A stretch of 64,000 bases of DNA, from the NCBI RefSeq assembly GCF_009914755.1, contig NC_060931.1, one strand, 5' to 3'. The DNA comes from the human T2T-CHM13v2.0 reference genome, Homo sapiens. This document shows, piece after piece, positions 55,821-64,000 of this stretch; positions within the stretch are counted from its first letter, which is position 1; every line of letters starts with the position of its first letter. A model generated the notes under the pieces. The model saw only the letters and a program-made list of their open reading frames with translations, made no database searches and was not told the DNA's origin. The position numbers were made by a program, and so were the translations under genes.

Positions 55821-56986
55821 TAAGGTTCCTGTGAGTAATGCAGCAGCAAAGCTCGGGTACACAAGGAAAGACTAACAAGTGAGCAGAGAGCTGGAGATGG
55901 GGAAAGACCAGACCATGAACTGGAGATCACAAGCTCTCTTACCAACACAATAATTCAGAAGGTGACTTCTCAAAACTAATCTTCAGCTGAGATCAGCTGA
56001 CGGAGTAAGACCTTCCCAGGATGAAAGGAGGGCTGAATCCCCAGGCAGGGCAAGGCAGAAGGGAAGGGGCAGACTCTCTCTTGATGGCATCCTAGCAGAA
56101 TCAATTGTTAGTTCCCAAAGCTGTCCTAGAGGCGTGATGCTCTGTGGTGCATTTGCTATCTCTTTGTGACTCATCCACAGATGAATGGGCTCAAAGAAAA
56201 GGGAGAAGCGAGCCATGAAATATAGTAAATTACAGCTTAATCTTCCTCACCCTGGAATTCATTCAGTAGTTTTAATGAACTTACAGTCTGGAAAGCATGT
56301 TGAAGAATGTATATGGAATATATTTCATGCCACTCTGAGCATCAAAGGAGCGCAATTCCCTTTGTTATTAAGGGGATAAATGTCCTTCCTTCAGTCAGTA
56401 CCTTGGCAAAAAAACAAAAAACAAAAAAACCTGTTTTCCATTATTGCTGTTATCTACTGCAAAACTCTAAAGAATACAGATTTTCAAGAAGTGGTTCCCG
56501 AGCACAGTCAGCTTCCTGACCTTGTATCTTCACCCTGAACCACTGAGACAAATAGGGGACCCTGAACTGTCACCTTGAAACTCCACCAGGTTCTCTCTCT
56601 GTTGGCTACCTCCTTTGACTTGACCCACAGACCCAAGAGAGAAATTGTCATGGCTTGCTTCTAATTCAGGTTGGAGGAAAACCCAAAGACCCCTGGAAGG
56701 ATATTGAGTTATCTCCAGAAAACAAAAACAGTACCCTGATTTATTAACGTACTTATATGCATTAATATATGTCCAGATTAGACCTGGACATTTAAATTCA
56801 TCCCCAAAAGGATATAGCTTATGCTCTGATACTCTACTCCCACCAACCATTATCAGTAATTTTCAAATTATGGACTGCTCTCTATCAGTAGATAATAAAA
56901 TCAGCTTACTGGGTTATAGCCAACAATTTTATGTTAATAAAATAGAATAGGAAAATTAGACTTAATCAGTGGTAGTAAGATGAGAG

Positions 56987-56988
<2 letters not shown>

Positions 56989-57019
<31 letters not shown>
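56989..57019. repeat. (TG)15 microsatellite
   Basis: Perfect dinucleotide run. Confidence 0.95.
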
Positions 57020-57023
<4 letters not shown>

Positions 57024-57654
57024 ACGCATAATGTAAAGTGTATTTTTTTACTGTGTGTCACAGTCAAACCAGCATACAGCACCTGGATATCAACCCCTTA
57101 CTGGAAAGAGCAGAGAGACAACATGAGCAAAGAACTGGAAAAACAGGTTTCCTTCATGAACTTCTAAAAGCAAAATGAGGAAGAAATTAAGCCCTCTTGT
57201 GGCCCAACAGATGGGCTGGAGCTTCTGGTTACCCTCTCCCCTACTCACATCCCCCACTCCCCCTACCCATTATGGCTCAATCAGAAGCCACATCCCATAA
57301 ATCTCACAAGAATGAAGAAAAGCTGATTTGTGCTGCACAGATTTGTGCCTCGGACAAAGATGCCAATCTGGTGGATGGATTCCCCTTAGCAGTGAAAAAA
57401 GAGGCTGAGCGATTTGGAGATCCTATTCCTTGGCACAGTTTTCACTGAGGTCCCCATTCTCTACAAAAATTATTTTCCTTTTCTCCCCAAGGTGTGTTCA
57501 TGGTAGCTCCCAGTCATGCTTGGCTTCAAATGCACAAAAAATCTAAACAGGAATTAACCAAACCTCCAAACAGTACTGATGTGAACTTTAATGTAAACAC
57601 TAAGTCATAATCCCACCTTTGTCACTATATCCCAATACCTCCAAAGTTAAATAC

Positions 57655-57925
57655 AGAGGCAAGGTAGCATAAGAGTTAAGAGATTGGGGCCAAAAGTCAA
57701 ATTGACCTCAATTGAACCAAGCCCCATCATTTCCTGACCTTGGAAAGTTACTTATGATTATCTAAGACTCAGTTTTCTCACCCATAAAATGGAGGCAATA
57801 ATATTATAGCACCTATCCCAGAGGAGTTAATAAAAATTAAATAAGTGTGTAAAGCATTTATCTCAGTGCCAAGGACATGATTATCATGCATCTTCAAGTA
57901 ATATTATGGCTATTTTTATTATTAC
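57655..57925 (+). mobile_element. MIR SINE
   Basis: tgaccttggaaagttactta ... ctcagttttctcacccataaaatgga ... tgtaaagcattta. Confidence 0.75.
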
Positions 57926-57974
57926 AATCATACTCTATTATTTAAAGGCAAAGTTTAGTTTCTCCTCAGCCTAG

Positions 57975-58419
57975 TGACAGAGCAGGAGCATTGCCCTCTT
58001 GGAAAAGCACCAACATTTTAAAGTTCCCCTTGATCAAAAGCCACCGAAATCCAACCCAAAGGACATCAGCCTAATGGCTAATGTCAGCATGACCATAAAC
58101 TACAAATGACATCTCCAACCAGAAGCATTCCAACCCTAAGACAAACGCCTCCACAACCAGAGACATGCCTGCCCCAAGATAAACTCCCCTACAACCAGAG
58201 ACATTCCAACCCCACAATAAACTTCTCCTCCACACAGAAACATTCCGAGCCTGTGATAAACTCTCTCACTCTGAACCCCTAAATACTCTTAGTCTGTAAG
58301 AGAGAGTGCTCCTGACCAAATTGGCCAGAAGCCCCTCTCAGGTTTATTCTCCAAAATAAACCTGTCTTTGACTATTGAGCTGCTTTTCACGTTTCTTTCC
58401 TCTTTCTTTAACTCTTACA
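57975..58419 (+). mobile_element. ERV1 solo LTR (MER61/LTR9 group, probably MER61)
   Basis: TGACAGAGCAGGAGC...TAACTCTTACA, 445 bp, AATAAA near 58355; perfect TSD CCTAG at 57970-57974 and 58420-58424. Confidence 0.85.
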
Positions 58420-59269
58420 CCTAGCTTGTTTGTTTGGTTGTTGTTTGTTTTGCAATCAATACCAATGGTATAAATTTAAAAGGAAGAGAATAAAGAAATT
58501 ATATTTTCTGATCAACGTTTGTTGTAAATGATTTATACAGTGATGGGTCCCAAACTAAATTTCCCAGGGAATTCCCTATTTCCTTGCGGGGGTAAAGAGC
58601 ATCCGAATTATTTGCTCATTAAATGAGTTGCCAAAAGCCAGAAAATCTATGCATCTGAGAGTTTTCATCTCAAGAGACCCAGGAGCTCGAAATCCTAGCA
58701 GTATGAATCATCTCTGTCCAAGTGTATAGAGTCTATTAGCAGAGGGCAGCTCTTGCTTCTGATGGCAATGGATGCCAGCTGCTGCTGAGAAAACAGGAAA
58801 GGTAATCCCATGTTTCAGCTTTAACGTGCCTGGTCAATTGTGAAAACTGACTTGAAGGGAGAGAAATTTCATCTTGACCCCCTTGGATAATGAACAAGAA
58901 GGACAGCCTGGCCTGTGAAGGAAACACCAGAGTGGGGCAAGCTCAGAGAAAATTCAGCCAACATAGCAGTGGAATCATGCTCTTTAAGTGTCAGGCCAGC
59001 CTCACAGGTACCACACTTTTTCTAAACACAGGTTTCTCCATTCACAAATTGTTTACTTCAGAAATGACTTTTTCTCCTATAAATGGAATTCCTTTGTCTG
59101 AGAACCACATACGCAAGAAACAAGGATGAAGGAAGAGCCATCTAAACTACCAGGTCAGCTACATTCATTCATTCATTCACCTGCCCCAGCATATCCATCC
59201 TACGGGTTTACTAGGTAACAATAGGGGTATGGATGAGGCAACAGGGATGTACAGAGAAAGAAAGTGCTT

Positions 59270-60035
59270 AGAGTGAGTTGTATAGCTTAAATGCTCATAT
59301 TAGAAAAGATGGAAGGTTTAAAATCAATGCCCTACGTTTCACCTTAAGAAGTTAGAAAATGAAGAGCAAATTAAACCCAAAGTAAGTAGAAGAAAGGAAA
59401 TAATAAACAAAAAGCAGAGCACAATAAAACATAACACAATCAACAGAAAAAGTTAACAAGGACAGAAGATTTTTAAAAACATTAATAAAAGTAATAAACA
59501 AGTAGCAAGCTTGATCAAGAAATAAGAGAAGGCACAAATTACTAATGTCCCGAATGAAAAAGAGATATTGCAGATCTTACAGATATTAAAAAGATGGCAA
59601 GCAACATTATGTCAATGAGTTTCACTACTTAGATGAAATGAACAAATTCCTTGAAAAACCACAACTTAACCAAGAATGACTCAACAAGAAATAGAAACTC
59701 TGAATATCCCTATACCTATTAAGGCAGAGGTTATCCACATGTAGCTCCAGCAGAAAGGCAGCATCAGCAACACCTGCAAACTTTTTGAAATGTAAATCCA
59801 CAGCTCTCACTCGGACCTACCAAATCAGAACTTTAGAGTGGGTGGGGTGGGGGTCACAGCAATTTGTGTTTTAACAGACCTTGCTGGTAATTCTGATACC
59901 ATTTGAGAACTGTTTCAATACTATCTTCCTACAAAGACAGACAGATCTAGATGGTTTCACTGATGCATTCTATCAATTACGTAAGAAAGAAATCATACCA
60001 GCCTTACAAAAGCTGAGAAAATTTAAAAAGGGGGG
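59270..60035 (+). mobile_element. old L1M ORF2 fragment split by MER5A
   Basis: aaatgctcatattagaaaag ... ttagatgaaatgaacaaattccttgaaa ... agatggtttcactgatgcattctatcaa. Confidence 0.85.
59724..59913. mobile_element. MER5A-like MITE inside L1
   Basis: gcagcatcagcaacacctg ... acctaccaaatcagaact ... tttgagaactg. Confidence 0.7.
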
Positions 60036-60459
60036 ATCACATCTCATCATTTACTGTCAATCTCTACTCTTTTATGGAAGTTGTAGGAGTCTTTATTTTC
60101 CCTGATTCTTATTTTAAAGTGATTCCTGGTTTCTTTGAAATGGGCCATTCTGACAGACAAGTGGTCCACATAGCCCAAATGGCCACACTGCATGTTCTCA
60201 AGTAGAGAAAGGTCTTTATTAGGTGTTTTCTGTCTTTTGCTTGCAGCCCTTAGGGGAGTGATAATCTAGTTCACGATAAGGTAATTAAGGCAGGGAGTTG
60301 CCCCTCACCCACAAGGATACCCACAGCATAGCAATCCTTCCCTTCTCTTGCATACAAACCTCACTCAAGCCAGAGCAGGGACTGGGACTCAGATAACAAA
60401 AGCGGTGATAAAAATGAACTATCTGCTCATAGTATTCCTTCTAAATAAAACACCCATAC

Positions 60460-60790
60460 CACCTTTCCACATCTGGCTGTTTTTCTTACTCATCCTTAAG
60501 CCTCAGGTGTCATCTACAGAAAGACTTTTCTGAACCCCCAAACTAAGCAGATGTAACTAAATCTTTACATCTTTATCCAAGAACTTAATATTGAAATTCT
60601 CTATGACTTTGTACCTTTGTCAAATAACTTATATTGAAATTACCTGTCTGGGTCCTATATCTCTCCAATTATGTCATTAGCTCCTTGAGGGCAGAAACCA
60701 CATTTCATTTTTTGTTTTGGTTTTGGTTTAATGTCTCACAGTGCTTGACTACTAATTGCATAGTTCCACTCAGTAAACCTGTAGTGAAAT
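60460..60790 (+). mobile_element. L2 LINE 3' fragment
   Basis: gctccttgagggcagaaacca ... ctcagtaaa. Confidence 0.55.
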
Positions 60791-61379
60791 GAAGAGTCTG
60801 AGAGTGGAGTCAGGTCAAAATTTACCTCCATAAATAAAATACACTCAACTCAAAACATTCAGTATGACTTATTTTTAAAATAAGTACTTTCAATTTGTTC
60901 AATCTCTCAGTAGTATTATTAATGCAAACCACATGGACTGACTTTCATTTTGCAAATCTCACCTACCCTTTTTAAATATATGGTGGAAACATAAGGTCCC
61001 TGCCCACAGATCTATGCATTGCAGAGCCTACTAGAAGATAAATACAGGGATCAAAAGAATAACAGTAGTAGGTGACACCTAGAATCTTAGGATAAAAGGG
61101 TTGGATTTCTTCTTTTAGCCTCTTTATGCAGACCTGCAAGTTTTGCCTTCACAGCCTTGAGGATCATCCTGAAGCATGAGACACAGATTCTCCCACCTCC
61201 GCCTATTGCAGACCCCATTCCAACAAATCCTCCAATAAATGAGATCCTGAAGAATTAATCTCCCGCACAAGCAGAATAAGTGCCTGAGGGAGGCCAAGTT
61301 TTGCAGAGAGTTAATTATGATGAAGGAAGACATTCTGTGGCCATTAATTTTTATTGGGAGGGCAGGCATTATATTAACA

Positions 61380-61600
61380 GCTAGTATATATATCTAGAAT
61401 TGGGCCATATAGCATACACGCATTGTCTCATTTACTTATCACAACCCTTTGAATTAGGTACCATTAGTAAGCCCCACCCTGAGAATAAGCTTAACTGGCC
61501 GAAAAATCACAAAGTTTAAGTGGTGGAAAATGGATTTAAATTTACATCTCTCAGACCCCAAAATCCATGCTCTGAATGCTAGTGATATATTGCCTTTTTA
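61380..61600 (-). mobile_element. MIR SINE
   Basis: tctcatttacttatcacaaccctttgaattaggtaccatt. Confidence 0.55.
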
Positions 61601-62476
61601 CAGTCTTCTGGTATAATTATGCTCCTACAATGTTCCACCCAAGCCAGTGGCAAAAGTAAGTCACTGATATCAAAGAGGGGGGATCATCTACCCTATGAAT
61701 CTGAAGACAAAAAGCACCCTTTAAACATGATTCATCTTCGACACAAGAGACTAATTTAAGAAACATTTCTTTCTATTCAAAATAATGATGCTAAATGGGA
61801 AGCGATTTAAGCTTTACAATGGCTTCATCAGAATCTCATCTGTCAGATCTCAAAATCATGCTCCCAGAACATGTTTCTCAATAGAATGAATCAGCAGGAA
61901 AGAAAAGCAGATGTAAAGCAAACAGGTGAAAGTATGAAGTTAGCAATAACTGTGCTCATGGGCCACCACCACCATCAGCACCACCATCATCATCCTCATC
62001 ACCAGTATTATATTGTTATTATTAAGTACCTTCATTCCCAAATAGTAGCATTATGTCCTCTGAAGGAATGGGGCTTCTGTTTACCCAGCAAACAGGCACT
62101 GTTTGCATTACCTTAAGGGTTAACCTACTTTCTTGATAATGGGTCATGAGTGAGTAGGGGTGATCAGTAAAGATAGTACTATTACAAACAACAGAGCACA
62201 CTTGTAGTTACTAAAATTATCCAAAAAATCATGGCAAAATTATCAAAGATGTAGGATTATGAATTTGGTATGACAGCAGAAGGATGATTGCACATCTCAC
62301 AGTCCATATTGCTCACATCGGGTTCTCACATGCTTTAATTGCAGTGCTAATTCTGAGAATTCTTGATTATGATCTAATGGTGGAACACATCTGAAAGATT
62401 AAAGAACTGATTGTAGAAAAGTCAACACAAAGTCCTCCATTTATGTACATACCAGAGTGCAGGACAACGGGGACGA

Positions 62477-62495
62477 CCCTGTCCCCTGGTGGCAG
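62477..62495 (-). promoter_or_regulatory. candidate CTCF motif
   Basis: Minus strand reads CTGCCACCAGGGGACAGGG versus core CCACCAGGGGGCRC; lies in a local CpG cluster. Confidence 0.4.
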
Positions 62496-63243
62496 AGCTC
62501 CGCGATTCAGAACCTCGCAGCAGGAAGGAACTTGCCTGTGACTCCACATTCAGCCATGCTTTCAGAAGCACTGGACTTTTATCAATTTCTAGGGATATTT
62601 GTGTTGTCAGGGTATACTAAGTAGGAATCTATTCCCATTTATATTGTGATTTGCTTTGTACCTACTAATTTTCACTGAAATCACTATTATAATTTACTGT
62701 CTCTACCCCCACAAGTAAGGGATGGAACTTCATTTCCCAGTAAATATATTTTGTTTTATTGCCTCCTAGGTAACAATGTGCAACAATACCAAAGTGTTTC
62801 ATTTAAGACCTGTGATTTTGTGCTTTTCAGGACTAGTAAAATACAATAGCATGTGGAACTTATGATTTCTAATTTGTTTCAGAACGTAGTATACTGTGTT
62901 TATATAAGCCACACAATATTAACCCTTCAAGACAACTTTAAAATCTCTTTCAAAGCATGATTAAAAGTACGTCTAAAAATTTTCCTTGTGAAATGTAAAT
63001 GTATCTAATACACCTATAAAATCTTGTCAGCTACATTTATGAAACATAAGTCATAAATTTACTACATAAACAACAATAAGTCAAAATAGTAACATTGATA
63101 ACAATTGCTAAAATGTTCTTTACACTTACTAAAAGCCAGGATATACACTTAACACTTTTAATCTTTATCTCTTTTAACCCTTACAACAAACCCACAAGGT
63201 AAGTATGTTATTCTCTTTTTAAAGAAGAAGGTACAGCTTAGAA

Positions 63244-63466
63244 CTATGTACCTCAACATTGGCACTCTAACATTTTGGATAATCCTTTGTTGTGGTGGAA
63301 ATGTTCCATGTACTATAGGCTATTTAGCAGTATCCATGGTCTCTATTCACTTGATACCAGTAATATACCCCATATCCAGAAGTGACAACCAAAAACTGTC
63401 TGTAGACATTGCCAAATACCCTCGTAGGGCCAAATCAGCCAAATCACCCCCAGTCGAGAACCACTG
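63244..63466 (+). mobile_element. MER20 (hAT-Charlie) inserted in a reverse MIR
   Basis: gtgacaaccaaaaactgtctgtagacattgccaaat ... gagaaccactg; 8-bp TSD gcttagaa/gcttagag; MIR sequence on both sides (~63100-63560). Confidence 0.88.
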
Positions 63467-64000
63467 GCTTAGAGAAATAAAGTAACTTACTAAAGGTCAT
63501 ATGCTTAGAATATAATTGAACAGAAGCCAGGCATTCTGACACAAGAATGTATACTCTCAATCAATGAAATACAGTGTTGTTTACTCTGTGATAGTTTAAA
63601 GAACATAAATTTTCCTCAAAATAGAAAACTAAAAATGAAGACAAACTGTAAATGCCTTCCCGTAGAAAGATATTCTATGGCCACAAGAGACTGTGCCCTT
63701 CCAAAATTTTCCTTTCCTAATTAAGGTCCATGTCCCAATGCCTATTGCCCTTACATAGCTTGATCTCCTGCCCCACCTACCCCAATCTTCTTTAAGTCCT
63801 ATTCCATGTGCCCCAAAAGACAGTCACCAATCCCTTGTTAAGGCTGATTCCATGCTTTAGTAAATAAGATCCAGACTCTGCCTCACAGAGCCCCTGAAGA
63901 ACAAGACCTGTCTGCTTCCTACCTGTTCCCTTAGATGACCCAAGACTTCCACCTGTATCATCTCAAAGTGTAAGCCTTCTGCATAGTGGTCACTGAATTC

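Noticed and set aside
58110-58265. Regularly spaced ~38-bp repeats as a CRISPR-like array
   Set aside because: The units are tandem with no unique spacers, sit inside an ERV LTR, and the DNA is primate.
61963-62005. Poly-His-encoding (CAC/CAT)n tract in an 81-aa ORF
   Set aside because: It is a degenerate trinucleotide microsatellite with no coding context.
63995-64000. Window ends in GAATTC
   Set aside because: Probably an EcoRI clone end or coincidence; not a biological feature.

Overview
Primate (human-like) nuclear genomic DNA, AT-rich and CpG-depleted, with no CpG island. It is dominated by interspersed repeats recognised by eye from consensus memory: Alu/FLAM, MIR, L1, L2, MaLR LTRs (MST/MLT/THE1), three ERV1 solo LTRs (LTR10C-, MER41- and MER61-like), an ERVL LTR33-like element, and hAT DNA-transposon fossils. 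I cannot support any protein-coding gene, tRNA, rRNA or CRISPR array. The ORFs in the track are repeat-derived or look like chance ORFs. Long, old L1 fragments lie almost all on the + strand, which suggests (inference only) that the window is intronic to a gene transcribed on the - strand; a few - strand splice-site candidates fit this. I did not find a convincing new biological system. The best second-look items are: an open hAT-transposase dimerisation-domain frame at 13.5 kb; a MER61-type LTR whose internal tandem repeat multiplies TEAD/GATA motifs; a CpG-retaining CTCF-like site at 62.5 kb; an MLT1-in-MLT1 fold-back; a template-switch hairpin inside MER41; and several nested or inverted retro-insertions. 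Subfamily names and boundaries without a stated TSD are approximate and need RepeatMasker/Dfam confirmation.
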